Below, piece by piece: positions 50,149 through 64,000 of a stretch of 64,000 bases of DNA; position 1 is the stretch's first letter; each line of letters starts with the position of its first letter. The position numbers and the translations under genes were made by a program. The DNA is from Nemertoderma westbladi (lineage: Eukaryota > Animalia > Xenacoelomorpha): assembly GCA_032718475.1 (NCBI GenBank), contig JAUCBJ010007119.1:1-64000 (forward strand), written 5' to 3'. The notes below the pieces were generated by a model, which worked only from the letters and a program-made list of their open reading frames with translations, did not search any database and was not told the DNA's origin.

Positions 50149-53100
50149 CCTTTCCATGAGAGTTCTACGGGAAGGGCCAGTAAAGTACCAACCTACTCTA
50201 GTTCTTCCCGCATAGGCTTGTAGTGGTTGCGGTTGAGCAGGCCGTTTCTCCAATGTCTCAAGCGCCTCATGCGCATTTTGGCCGATGAGTATTTGCACTC
50301 CAGGGTAGTCTGTGTTGAATCTAGGTATATTAAGCTGCTGGGTGGAATCGTCCTCATCCCAGTTATAAGGTTCTACTTGGCTGGTAGCGAAGTTCTTTAT
50401 CGCCACCATTTTTACTGACCTTATGCTGTGTTCTCCTAGTTCATCCTGGGGGGTGGACAACGCACCTACATAATAATCTGCTATTACTGTAGATTTCCAA
50501 ACCTGCATAATTCCTGACATGTTTAACTTAGTTCGGAACTTGGGTTGTCCAGCAAAGATGTCTTTGGCTAGTTCTTTGTTGATGAATGTTCCTGTGCTAC
50601 CGGAGTCAAGGAGGGCATTCACTATATAACTCCTTTCAGGTCCGTGGACCCTCAACTGCACTACGGGAAATTCTCGGATTCCTACATTGGAAGTTGGTGC
50701 TTTCCAAGATGGTTGTCGGTCAGAAGTAGTTAGGGGGAGCTCGCTGTCGGTGTCCTTTTCATACGTAAGTGCTCGATACACTGCGGTATTTATCAGGTAA
50801 CAGGATTCGTTTTCGTCGGAGAATTCGTCCGTATAGAATCCTTCCATCTCAGAACTTTGGTCAGTGTCGTTCACATCACTGAATTGGACATGTAGTTCGG
50901 ACTCACTTACCTGACTCGGGCTGTTTCGATCGAATTCAGTGTGCAACAAGATATGATGTTTTGCGCCGCACTTTGCACACCTTGCGTCGGAGTAACAGGT
51001 TCGCCGTTGGTGTCCTCGTCTGAGGCAATTATAACACAACCGCTTATCCCACATGACTTCACGTCTGTCCTTTAGTGATTTCCTCAGGAATTCATCACAC
51101 GCACTTAAACGGTGGGGCCCGTCACACAGCACACATTTTGGTTTGATGTTACTTACCTTACTTTGGGTAACGTTGTGCACACTCGTTCTTTCCTCGGGCT
51201 TTCTTACATGAATTCTCTTAGGAGACGTAGGAGTTTTTCTTACCTGTTCTCTCCTGTCATTGGTTTGAGACTTGAATTTACTTACGTCCTTAGGCGCTTT
51301 GTTGTCATAGTAAGATCTTTCAGTGTCTTTCCCGCTGTCTTCCTCTTGAGAAGCCTGGCTTTCGCCGTCGTCTGTATAGCACACTGGTATTACCTTTCTC
51401 CTAGAAACGGGTTTCTCACTTACCTTATTTTCCGGTGTCTTCTCTCTGGACTGCTTTAGGAGCTGTAATTTTACCTCTCCATCTAAGAATGACATGAGAT
51501 CAGCCATGGTAGGATCTCTTTGTTGTTGTTCCATCATATATAACACTTTCTTGTCCCAGCGTGTACCTACTCCACCCTTGGGCAAATAGATGCTAAGGCT
51601 CCTACAACCATAGAATTCTGGTATTCATGAGACTTACCTAACCAATCTAGTTGTCTACAGATCTCCTGAATCTCGTCGGAAAACTCTATAATCCCGCTGC
51701 TAAGAAACTTTCGGGGCGCCATTAATTTCGCATATAAATACCTAGCTATGTTAGTCCTATTACCATACCTGATGTTTAGTGTATCCCAAACTTGTCTTAA
51801 TCCATCTGGATGTCCAATAAACTTTAACGCCATTAACTTGGGAGATCCTTCCAAGCACTCGATGAGGAATCTAAGTTTCTCTCCGTTAGATAGCACAGAG
51901 TTATGTATGTTATCTTTATAATATTCATTAAAAGGTAACCATTTCATCTCATCTCCATTGAACTTGACGATCTCTCCCACCTTTACCGCTTGACGGGCTT
52001 CGGTTCTAGCCATTTGACGCGTAAAACTTTCTTGGGCCATCGTGTTATTTAATATCGCGTTATCGGTATATAAATCTCTCGGATTATTATCAAGTCTATA
52101 TGGAATATCATCGTCAACAGGTTTATAATTACCCTTAATAGGGTTTACTATAGGAGTTTCTACTTCACAAGCAGTATAGATGCGTGTAGGCTCCACACCT
52201 TGCGCATGAAATACTTCAGACCTAACAGGTTGACACATTGTTACCGGGGTTGGTGGTATACCCCTTTGGGTATTTACTAATTTATCGCGTTCTAACGCGA
52301 TACTCTGCTGCACTTCTTGCAACTCTAACCTGCTTTCCCTTACTGTGCCCTTGAACTGCTGAACAGTTCCTTCCATCTCCCGCACCTGCTGAGAGGAGCA
52401 CTTACGGTGTTCCCTCAGCTGCCCGAGCAGGAGACCCATCTCCCGTCGTCCCTCAGCTACCCACTCGACCGCCGAAGCGGGAGTCGCCAACATAGTAGCG
52501 GGCGAGCGAGAGACGACGGGCGATAAATTCTTGATATCTCGCTCGGCGTCCAGGATGGCTTCGGACTCGGGAACAGTCCTACTGGGCACAGGTAGTTTCG
52601 TGCTGTGCAAAGGGAATTTAGAGGTAGGTTCTGGGAGTACAGGTGTCTCTATCACCGAAGGGGTGGCTTCGAGAACAGGCCCAATTATTTCAGGTTCATC
52701 TACTATAGTAGGGAGTCTTTCTACTTTAATAATTTGGTCTGTGGGTTCTGTACTACCTAAGTCTGTGCTAGCTAGTTGCCTTCTAACAGCTGGGGGCAAA
52801 TCAGGCAATTTCTGACGGTGGGGCATTCTTCTACGCCTGCTTAGACGAGATCTATTTCCTCCGCCTTCAGGATCGGTGGTATTGCCTTCATCAGATGATG
52901 TAAATCCCTGCCTTTTAGGAGTAAATCGACTTATCATCTGCATTTGACTAGCTGTTATCTGTTTATTTATATAGTCTTGCTTCTCCTCAAGATTTTCCAA
53001 CTCTAGTTGGGTGATCTCTTCAGACGCTCTTCGTTCTGCTTCTGCCACGGCTCGCTTTCTTTCCGCTTCTGCTGCTGCCACTGCCGCTTTTCTTTCCACT

Positions 53101-54359
53101 TCTGCCGCTGCCTCTGCCGCTTTTCTTTCCGCTTCTGCCGCTGCTGCTATCTTTCTGTCTTCTATACGTTTTTTCTTTACTTGTTCTTCTTGGACTCTAG
53201 CGATGCGGAGGCGTTCATCAAATTTAGCTTGGTTCGCAGCTAACATATCCGCATCGATTGCGTCCAACACAAGCTTGGCTCCTTCATTATTAGGGCGAAG
53301 TCCAGACAGCTGTCTCCTCAACTCTTCGTCACCTACAAATCGTTGATAGTCTGACAGATAGATGTCAATAGCATCCCTCTTATGCGGTTTTTCTGCTGTC
53401 ACTTCACTTTCCACTTGGGAAAAGGTAGCGTCTGTTGATTCTCCATGGGTTGAGCGCTCAGCCAGCTGAGATTTCCACTGGGCAGTTCCTTGAACTTGGA
53501 GACTCACCCACTGAAACCAAGTCTTTATGGCAACTTGCAACAAAGTGTCTTGTCTTTTTTTCGAAGTCTCCTCAAAGGCCGATAAGATTAGTCTGATTCT
53601 TAGAATTCTTTCTCTAACTTGATAAAGCAGCTCTCCCTGCTCTTGAGGTCCTTGAGGTTGTCGAAACAGTTGTTCCTCTAATCGCTCCATAGAGCTGAAG
53701 AATCCCTGTATGTATCCTGCTGCTGACCTCTTCCACACAGCTGGATCGCTGGTTTCTTTTGTCACTCCCATCCGGTGTATGTCTTCCCAGGCTGCTTCCG
53801 ATAAGTCAAACGGGAGTCCGGGTCCAGGGAAATTCCATTGCGACTCGACAATAGACTTCAGTTCTTCCCTTGTGTATCCCGCATAACTATCCTTGGTCGA
53901 TCGCTTACTTCTCGCCCAATCAATCTGGTGTTCCTCCACCGCAATCAATACCCTAGTGAGTACGGCTGCAGGAAGAATGAGAAGGGGATCCGAATAAACC
54001 GCATCTGCCATCTTTGCTCCTCGCTCGGGTGTCAACTCTACAGTATCCGAACTACTGGAGCTGTCGGGCCGCTGAGAAATAAGTTCTCGGCTAGGGGGTT
54101 GTTGCTGTTTGACAGCTGCTTCTTGATCCCGCTTGACTTGAGCCCGAGTGCCTATGACAGACCTACGGCGCTTCACTAACTTTGCAAATTGCAAAATTGC
54201 TTCTACTAACCTAGGTTCTGACACAGCTACTGTAGGGGTTGCCTTTCTTACAGTAGGAGGGGTCTCAGACCTCGGTCTGGGATTCTCTATACTCCTATCT
54301 GAGAAACAGACTGTTGTTTCTAGGAGACTATCTGACAGAGTTTGCCTTGTGTCAGCCAT
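50149..54359 (-). CDS. gag: A3 Gag (930-aa ORF) and, after one frameshift near 51585, Zn knuckles and protease
   Basis: ORFs 51567-54359 and 50134-51585; same motifs as A1 and A2. Confidence 0.85.
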
Positions 54360-56557
54360 GTTTGATTGTACATTTGAATGCCTACTGCTATATTACAGTT
54401 AAAGCAAGTCTAGTAATTCAGTATCACTGTTAGCCTAGTAATTAATTACCGATATCGTTACTCAGTGTAATGTGATATATATACACAATATATTAGAATA
54501 CCGGTATACATTTATAGTATATATATAAGTATTATTACAGACTAGGTTTGTCACAGAATGCCGGTATATAATTTCAGCACAAATATATATAAATATATAA
54601 TAGGCCTATCGTGAATACCGGTATACAGCTTACACTTATAGTATATATAAGTATAATTATGGACTAGAATTAATTACAGAATACCGGTATAATTTCAGCC
54701 TAAATTTATAGAAATAAATATAATAAGCCTATTGTAAATACCGGTATGTCAATTATTTTAGAATAATTGAATTTCTGAATTTTTAGGGGTTACTTGGTTA
54801 CTTTACTTTACCTTATTACCGTTATTTAAGCAGTAGTCCAACTGATATTTAGACCTAATTGATGTATGACAGGCCTACTATTTTATAAATCAGTTTGAGT
54901 TGATTTATAATATGTATATACCCGTATAATGGGTTTTGTCAATATTTGAAATAAATGTTATTATTTCTGGGAAGGAGTCACTACACAGAAGCTGTGCGCT
55001 CTCAGTGAAGTGCTACTTATTGGACACTAAAACAAATAATTCTAATTTGCCTAAGTTACTTAATACTACAAATTACGTACAATTCGGGGTGAGATTACAA
55101 TCTCTAAATAAACACAAAAAATTACACGTACGAATTTTTAGGGTAATTTTACAAGAAGTCTACAAACCAGCCTAACAAAGGGTTAGAATATCTGGTTATT
55201 ACAAACAGACAGGATACTACGGTATTTGAAAATAACAAAGCAGTAGTAAATATACTGCGTTGTCCAGATAGGAAAAATACCACCGTCTGAAGACTTATAG
55301 CCGTATCGCTATAAGTACTACGTTATGTATCACGGAGTGTTCCTACCTAGAAGTTAATTACCGCGGCCTACCAGAGCCAACGTGCCTATTAACCACTTTA
55401 CAACACAAATATACTGCCTACACACTAATTACCTTCGGAAAGCACTGTACACTAAACCCTAAATTAGGTACAAGTACTTATACAACAAATAATCAGCAGT
55501 TAGAAATACTTGTACAGCTAAAAGAACCACGGTATCTGCTGGAGAGACCGGGGCACAAAATCACCAGTCTTTACCTACGCCAAGCAGCCCTGATGTAGTA
55601 CCGGGGTTAATTTAACTATAACGGTATGTATAACAAGCACAATTACTGTATGAATAAACTTGGGGTTGTGAATGTTGCGAATAATCGCATAAACTCTGAA
55701 TAATAAATATTACGCTACGCGTACAGACTACTCAAAAAAAATACAGACCAAACGCTGGCAGACTACTATCAAGCCCAAACAAACTACAGTATATGCAGAC
55801 TCCGAAATGGTTAGTTAGTATGCGTTCTAACCGAGTAGTACGACTTATTCTTTCGAGGGGATTTACCTCACAGCACTGGAAGCCCCTACGTTCCTAACTA
55901 GTACTTTATTGGACATACACTCTACACACACCGCAATCTCTTCAGACATAACAACAGCCAGGCAACAATCCAGCCTACAAATTATCTAAATAAGAAATAT
56001 TACGCTACCCGTACAGACTACACAAACAAAAATACAGACCAAGCGCTGGCAGACTACTATCAAGCCTAAACAAACTACAGTATATGCAGACTCCGAAATG
56101 GTTAGTTAGTATGCGTTCTAACCGAGTAGTACGACTTATTCTTTCGAGGGGATTTACCTCACAGCACTGGAAGCCCCTACATTCCTAACTAGTACTTTAT
56201 CGGACATACACTCTAAACACACTGTAATCTCTTCAGACCTAACAACAGTCAGACAACAGTCCAGCCTACAAATTATCTGTACAATCTGAGCAGGCTTACA
56301 TTTCTTCTGCTCAATATTAACCTACAAATAAATAAAACTGATAGAAATAAGTAAAATCTCAATAAAAAACCAGGGCGGCCGTCCCTGATTAAATATTAAG
56401 GCCTACCGGTATATAATTCTCAAAATCAAATAATACTGTTGTACCTGTACTGCTGTAAGTACCGGTCCAGGTGGTTAGGTAGTCAGGCCTACTAGGTACC
56501 GGTCGACCGGTACTTCAGCTTTATTGCCTACTGCAATACAGAAGCAATAACTGTTAT

Positions 56558-57739
56558 TGTTCGCGCTTTCAGACCTTTAGCAGTTTAACTTGCCAAATTT
56601 AGATGTCTTCTAGATTATAAATCGACTTTAGCCTATGACGAGTATTTGATACACTACATTAGCCGAAGCCAGTCTATGCGCGACCATTCACCCGCTGGAT
56701 ATACCCGGGAGACTGGATTCGGAAGCTTTGACCTTATTGCGGTGTAGGCCTACTGTATTATTCGACTGATCGTTAATATATAATCTCTGACAAATATTAT
56801 TCACTTTCGGGAAATATTAACAGTTCCTTTAGGACGTGGCGCTCTAAATATGTAAACAGAGTTATGACTTACACTAGACACAACGGGATGGCTATGGATT
56901 CACGTATAAAGCGCATTCTTTAGGAGATGCTTTGTTATCAGTCACAATCATGCACACTACCGCACAATGCTGCACACCGATCTGCCGACCTTCACTAATT
57001 TTAGTCACATATAAAGAGAACAACAACCGACACATGTAGTGCCTATGAAATAGCATTAGATTCACTCCAAAACCACTTTAATGTAAGTCGCAATTGCTAT
57101 ATGTAACCGGTCTCTTACCTTCAGTATATCAAGAAGATTGGGGGTTTTATGATTATTTATCGATGTTAACCAAATATAATAATATTCCATCAACTGATAT
57201 AATTAATAACCGACAGTAAATAGCAGTAAAAATGCGGTGTTTATAGGTGACAATATGATCGGTGTTGAGTTGGTATGGTTTGTGGTTTGATAACAGTTAT
57301 ACGTTTCTATGACCAAAGCCTACTAATGTTTGGCTAAAGCCTGAAACACAGAAATTCCAAAGCCGGTCTTCTGGCTGTGGACAAAATACACATAATGACT
57401 GAATTGCATGAGTTTCTGTATACAATCTCCAACACAGAGTCAAAAAACGCTCTGATTGGTCGACCGAACAAAGAACGAACAAAGAACAAAGAAAAAGTTA
57501 CACGTGTACATATCAGCTGTTAGATGTCGTCATGGTAACTACACTGTATCAAGAGGATTTTGGCTTATTGCGACATAAGATCGCTAGTTATGTCCGCTAA
57601 AGTACACATACAGAAGAAATGGCTTTTTATGTCCACTAAAACACCGGTACAGTAAGGAAACGGCTTTTTATGTCCGTTAAAACACCTACAGAGTACTTTG
57701 CGGGGAAAATAACTAGCTAGATCCGCAAAAGCCTTTACA
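56558..57739 (-). repeat. 5' LTR of A3
   Basis: Direct repeat of 43690-44830. Confidence 0.95.
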
Positions 57740-58903
57740 AACTGGCTGCCTTACATACACATCCTTCCATCTATGTACCAGCATGTTGGCCAATAAATGA
57801 GCAGTATTTAATGAGAATCAATTTATTATGACGTTTTAATTACTTTAGATCAATTAAAGACACAATTATTAAAGCAAATCACTTGAACTAATTAAAAACT
57901 ATAATAGAATGGGGTATTTGGATTACATCTGAATAATTTATAAGTATAATTATTGAAGTCTTATACTGTAAAACAATTAATTTCCTTTAACAGTTGAAAC
58001 GGTTGAAATTGCTGTTTTTACCGTAATCAATTTAATTAACTAATTAACTGCTATTATCTCTGCTCCTCGAAGGCCACACGAAAATTCTACTTGGAAAATT
58101 TCTAAACTTTTGCCAAACAACATGTGTACCAAGTTTGGATAGATTTCATCGAAGATTGGCCGAGTTATTAATGTTTAAAATTGAACAAGAACGACAGAAC
58201 GACAGAACGACAGGTTGATTAATGGTACCACTACGCTAAGGCTCACTCACTTCGTGGCTCGCCCCACAAGGATCATTGTTGTCACCAACGCTATTTAATG
58301 TCTATTTAAAGGGAGCCTTAGATTCAGTTGAGAAAACAGGTCTTGGAGTATCTTTTCACAACATCTGGTCAGGTCTAGTTTGCTATGCGGATGATATAGT
58401 TTTATTAGGAGCCCGCTTGACAGCGGGATACTTACTGTAAGAATCTCAGGGATACTTTCTGTAAAAATCTCAGGATACATTACACTGACTGACATACTGA
58501 CTGACTGATAATTATCTAGGTTAAGGCACTTCCTGCCTGGCGATTTTGATGAAATTTTGCAAGTACATTGCTTTGGTGGTTCATAATCGCGTTACAAAAT
58601 TTCAGATCGATTCTATGTGTGGTATTCGATATATTTAGTTTTTTGACATTGTTTTGTCGCGAAATTAAAAGCAATGGTAAAATAACAGCTGGTGTTCATG
58701 ATGAAATATGGCTTAATATGTTATACACAGTCATAGAAAAACGTGTTGGTTGCCAAGTTTTACTAGTAGGCTATAAGGAAAGGCAATGTTTACTCACACA
58801 TAAGCTGTTGGTTTCTAATGTATTACCCCATAAGCTGATTGCTCTCCCAGTGCTTCCTAAGGGTATATCTACAATAAGGTTACTCACTCTGCTATGTTAG
58901 GGG

Positions 58904-58967
58904 GTGGATCAGGAGAATGAATTTTAGTTACACAATTGTGTAACTAAAATTCATTCTCCTGATCCAC
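58904..58967. repeat. 64-bp perfect palindrome with no spacer
   Basis: GTGGATCAGGAGAATGAATTTTAGTTACACAA/TTGTGTAACTAAAATTCATTCTCCTGATCCAC. Confidence 0.95.
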
Positions 58968-59496
58968 AAGCAGTGTGTTGTGTCCTATTGCAGTCGATAC
59001 TCACTGTGGATTGCAAAATGTTTTATAGTTGACCTACACTATAATACAGTAGTTGCATGTATTTAAGGAGCCCGCTCTGGCCTACCGCCTAAGGAGTACC
59101 TATATTACATATTCACATAGAATTCACTGGGAAGAGATATTCCGCTTGACGACGGGGTAATACCTATAGAAGGAAACTAAATTTGTTATTTGGCTCTATT
59201 CGTTGTTATTTATCTGGTTGTGCATCATGGGCATTTTTTATAAATATTCGGTAATCGCATCTTATATCTTGTAAACGTTCTTGATAATGAAATTATTTGC
59301 TTCATATTATATTTTTGTTAGTGGTAGCTAAGTTGCATTTTTTATTATGTGGGGCGAGCCACAAAGTCAGCTAGCCTCACGCCTTGCAGTTTAGACAATT
59401 TTAGTTTACTTACTGCTGACTGACATAGTTCTTTGTAATAGTCTTGGCTAGGATTTTTCCCCCGGGCTCCTTCCAGCCTGCTTGCTGGCTTTCTAG

Positions 59497-60027
59497 TTGT
59501 GCAATAATAAAGAGGAGATCACTAGTATGCTAGCATTACTATCATATGAAATGGATAAATTGAATCTAAACATGGAACCCACAAAATCAAAATGGATGAG
59601 CATTATACCCAAAAACACATACCGACCCCTATTCATCAACTCAGCAAATTGCCTATTCCCTGAATCCCAAACAATCAAATTCCTTGGCCACACCTTATAT
59701 GGAAATAATAACTGTATCACTAATTACTCAGTCATAATTCAAACTCTTGCGTCTATGTCACAAGCGTTTCACAAAAATGGCTGGACCATTCGATGGTACA
59801 CCATAAACACAGTGTTCAATCTTTGGTCCAGGATGGCCATACCAGCAATTCTGTACAAAATAAAATTCATAATAGGGAATCTAAATCAAGATGAAATCCA
59901 ATCTATGAATGCATATTATAGAAAGATACTCAGGGGACTTCTTTATGTTGGATCGTACGTCAATAATGCTACATTAAGGAAACTCTCAGGATGTAGAGAT
60001 CTATTACTTGAGGTATACCGTGACTAA
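59497..60027 (+). pseudogene. Non-LTR retrotransposon ORF2 fragment (RT thumb region)
   Basis: LNLNMEPTKSKWM...IKFLG...AIPAILY...KILRGLL resembles the post-RT region of LINEs. Confidence 0.55.
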
Positions 60028-62097
60028 TTGCATGCTGCGTTTGGTAGTTAGTCCACATCTCAAACTTCAGTTGCTGCTACGTCTTGGTCTTATCTGGAAC
60101 TATCAATCAAAGCGGCGCTATCCTGGACTGGGAAGTACATATATGCGAGCGACTCGAGAATTCCCGATACCCTCACTATTTTCAATGTGTGTAAACCGGT
60201 ACCACAAACGGACACTGAAATCTCACATAAACCACGGACATCCAACAGGAAAATATATTGTCAATGCGGACTTTATATATAACTGTTATAACTCTGGCCA
60301 ATGCGGATTTGCAGCAAAACATAACCGCATACTGCAGTATTTCTTAAAATAATTATCTTTTGCACAGATTTTTCCTCCATTTACAACAATTAACCTATGA
60401 ACCTTATGACATTTTTAATTTTGTATAGTTTGTTCGGTTTTTATTCAGTATTAATATATACTTTTTACTTCAATATAAATACCGGCTTGACCGGTGTACC
60501 TTGTGAAATGAAATGAAAAAATATTTAAATATATTTCTTAAACTCAGGCTAGGACGATCTTTATAATAATAATAACTAGGGATGCGATCAATATGTGAAG
60601 CCAGGTGGTTTATATAATAATTTAGTCAACACAGTACTCGTCTTCATTATATGCTTCGTTGCGCTCGTCGCTTGTCCTGTTTTGTCATAAAATATTTTTC
60701 CTAAACGCAGACTGACGATCTTTATACAGTTATAACTATGCGAAGTTTCGAAACTGTGCGAGTAACTGTTGATACATCTATGTGGAGATGTGTGATATGT
60801 GGAGATGTGTGATACAACGCCAACGCATCGTATGCCGATGTACAGTAGTAATATGGGTATTGAAATAATATTAAATCAATGTACACTCTTAAAGCTGCAG
60901 CGAAAAAATGTAGATAATTTCCTAGGTTACATATAAAATAATAATATTATTTTTAAGAACATTAATTTTACTACTTTGCAAAAATTCAATTAAAAAATAA
61001 CCAGACATATACATTGTGGAATAAACTATTTCAGAAGCCTACAACAGCCATGCCATGGATAGTATTTATGTTATTATACATGTATCTGTCATTTACCTGA
61101 GATAGCAATACAACATTTATAGTAGAGTCAATAGGAATTGGACTACAGGAAGGATGTTGGGATGTTGGATTTAAAGAATGCTGTCTGGGCTGGAATAGCA
61201 ATACTGGTTGCCTATTACTATTCCTCTCTGGTTAGTCTTAGCAACAACTCCCTGCCAGCTAGCTCCACACCAGCAGAGACTTGACCAATAATGGGAAGGA
61301 TTAAATTTGTACTCAATAATTGTGCCGTTTAATTACGTTTAGATCAACTAAAGACACATTTATTAAAGCAAATCACTAGAACTAATTAAAAACTATAATA
61401 GAATGGCGTATGTGGATTACATCTGTATAATTTTTAAGTATAATTATTTAAATCTTATACTGTAAAACAATTAATTTCCTTTAAAAGGCAGGTTGAAAAT
61501 GGTGTTTTTACAGTAATCATCTTAATTAACTAATTAACTGCTATTATCTTAGCTTCTCGAAGGCCACACGGAAATTCAACTTGGAAAATTTCTAAACTTT
61601 TGCCAAACAACATATGTACCAAGTTTGGATAGATTTCATCATAGATTGGCCGAGTTATTAACGTTTAAAATTGAACAAGAACGACAGAACGACAGAACGA
61701 CAGGTTGATTAATGGTACCACTACGCTAAGGCTCACTCACTTCGTGGCTCGCCCCACAGACACACCGATTGAGTTAGTGGTACCTGCATGCTAAGCTCGC
61801 TTACTTTCGCCGCTCGCCCCACATTACAAATCACAGTAATACGAGTTTTTCAGACATGCTCCCATGGGTACGACGTGGTCTGTCATGCTTATAATGGCCA
61901 TTGGTGAGACATCAGCTACTGGGTGTGGGTTCGCAGGGGATTGATAATCAAAACGGGTTTTTTGGAACTACCGCTAACATGAAAGGATGTAAGATTTATA
62001 GATATATAGATATATAGATTTATAGATATATATTATGTCGCAAATAAAATAACTTTCAGACACATAAAATATTTGCAGTTTACTTTATTCAATAATA

Positions 62098-62218
62098 ACA
62101 TATATTATTATATATATACTGTATATATACTGTATATATACTGTATATATACTGTATATATACTGTATATATATATATACGTGTATATATATATACGTGT
62201 ATATATATATATATATTA
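62098..62218. repeat. TA-rich microsatellite, (TATATATACTG)n/(TA)n
   Basis: Visible directly; explains the low-complexity IY-rich ORFs. Confidence 0.9.
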
Positions 62219-62379
62219 CTTGTAGCCAACTTGTTAGTCGGAACCGGCGCATAATCGGGCGCCAGGCCGATCGCCCTCGCGGGAGAGCAGTCGGGGCGGG
62301 TCGACCCCACCAACTAACAATCGACAGGTCCGCTTTGAGGAACCTAAGAGAGGAAGCACCCCACCCACAGCGAGAAGGG

Positions 62380-63330
62380 GAAGTGGGAAATGTGTGAAGG
62401 ATGTCTTTTTTATGGACATCGGGGAGTTCCCTTTCACCGAGGAAAGGTATTGCCAGTTCCATGGGGGAACCTCTCACAGAACGATTGAGTGCAGAAATTG
62501 GCAGAAGATGGACGCCAACACACACAAGGCGTATGCTAAGAAGCATCACCTGTGTTGGACTTGTGCTTGAACAGGACACTCCGGGCGGGAATGCCCATAC
62601 GATAGTAAGAATACGGAGGGGGATAGTGAGTACACCGAGCAACAGTCGCATAAACACGCGGATAATAGGACAGCGGGGGAGAGGGTGGCTGATAAACAGG
62701 TGGCCTACCCTGTCTTTCCCATGAGATGGAGATTATGGAACCACCGAAGATTAAACCCTATGTGTACCTGAGGATCATCGCGTTGGTGGTATGTGATAAC
62801 CGTGGTCAGCAGCTAACCACTTTGGGGCTCTTAGACGGAGGTTCGGCGATAACGATGATGGACAGAGTGGTTGCAGACCGCCTTCAAGTCAAACGAAGGA
62901 AGGCATTTATGCAACTCTGTACCATCGCCAATCCGGATAGAGATGTAGCGTACGACCTAATTCTATGTCGAACCCGAGCTCAACGTACCGGCAGACCGGC
63001 CCTCGGCCGAAGAAATTCAACAATATACATACGCCCGGGGACTGAACTTTAACATACCCGATGACCTGGACATACCCTATGTATCAGTACTTATTGGTAT
63101 ATATTGCCCAGGATCTCACCGGCTACTGCAACCTACCATCGAAGGACCAGACCCCGAAAGGGACCCTCAGGTCATGCTAACCCCATATGGTTGGTGTATG
63201 ACTGGACCCGTAAAAGACATCGACGAGCAGCCCGACAGACACAGCGTGGGGCTGGCCAGACCGGTTTTCACCGTGGCCGGGAAGGGGGACCCCGCCGAGT
63301 CTCTGATACCACTCATTTCATACCTGATTT
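62380..63330 (+). pseudogene. Degenerate gag-protease fragment of a third BEL/Pao-like family
   Basis: GLLDGGSAITMM protease motif followed by ISVLIG and TPYGWCMTGP; several frameshifts. Confidence 0.65.
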
Positions 63331-63581
63331 ATTGTTTGTTACCTGAGATATTCTGTTTCTATTCTGTATTACTATGGTGCTGTGGCTGTGTAGGGATCGG
63401 CCTGCACAGACACTACACTGGAGCGTTTAGTTATCAGTTTCCTTTCCACCGGACGGGCGGGTTACCTGATTTGGGCGGTCCAGTGGGGAACTCATCATAA
63501 CATGTTATTTACGCCACTACACCAACCCATATACACGACAAATTCTAGAATACAGTAGTACTGTCTGGAATCCTTCCTTAA

Positions 63582-63802
63582 GGCCATGATACACCGCAGG
63601 AGCGGCGAGCCGCAGCGGCGGGCGGCCGCGACGAGCAGCCGATTTGAGCGGCGACTTTTAGTATGATCCACTATAGGAGCGGCGAGCGACAGCAGCCATT
63701 TGTGGTGTATCATCACCCATAGAAAATAATGTGTTCTATTTTTAAAAACTGGCCGCATGCCGCGGCCACTGCCGCTCGCCGCTCCTGTGGTGTATCATAT
63801 CC
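63582..63802. mobile_element. MITE with ~40-bp imperfect TIRs, flanked by TTAA (Kolobok- or Harbinger-like)
   Basis: GGCCATGATACACCGCAGGAGCGGCGAGC...GCTCGCCGCTCCTGTGGTGTATCATATCC, with TTAA on both sides. Confidence 0.7.
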
Positions 63803-64000
63803 TTAAGCAACGATATGTCATCTAAACTCTTTAAAACCTTCAAAACTGCGGGTTTCTCCAAAAGATTCCACGATTCCAAAAGATTCCGTCTTCTTAGATG
63901 GCCCGACCAGTCTAGACTACTACTACAACACTAGGTCAACGAGCTCGTACATTGGAAAAGAGATCCTTCCAGGCTTCCTGATTCTCAGTAGTTGTCTTAT

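Larger units (their letters stand above)
43690..57739 (-). mobile_element. BEL/Pao family A copy A3, internally deleted (no RT, no integrase core)
   Basis: LTRs 43690-44830 and 56558-57739, TSD AACTG (43685-43689 / 57740-57744), PPT at 44831; deletion junctions near 48262 and 48745. Confidence 0.95.

Noticed and set aside
62085-62657. 190-aa and 74-aa minus-strand ORFs
   Set aside because: Produced by the TA microsatellite and the antisense strand of a retroelement fragment.

Overview
AT-rich animal (probably invertebrate) genomic DNA made mostly of nested transposable elements around one host gene. The host gene is a two-exon Olig/bHLHe22-family bHLH gene (18868-20047, minus strand). Three minus-strand copies of one large BEL/Pao LTR retrotransposon family dominate the window: A1 (<1-15374), A2 (23823-42557, TSD GGGTA) and A3 (43690-57739, TSD AACTG), all with ~1.15-1.18 kb TG..CA LTRs. 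This family has no TGG tRNA primer-binding site. An invariant 11-mer sits right after the 5' LTR and is exactly complementary to an invariant 11-mer inside every LTR, the layout of Tf1-type self-priming. The family also carries accessory ORFs in the env position, with conserved ends and a swapped middle; one restores to ~610 aa with zinc knuckles. Nested inside are a second BEL/Pao family, a palindromic tRNA-head + minimal hammerhead-ribozyme retroelement (26706-27338), two copies of a structured 1.2-1.3 kb element without a clean TSD, and Helitron-like repeats. Elsewhere are CR1 and RTE LINE fragments, a third BEL/Pao fragment, a MITE and a 64-bp perfect palindrome. All calls were made by eye; no database searches were run.
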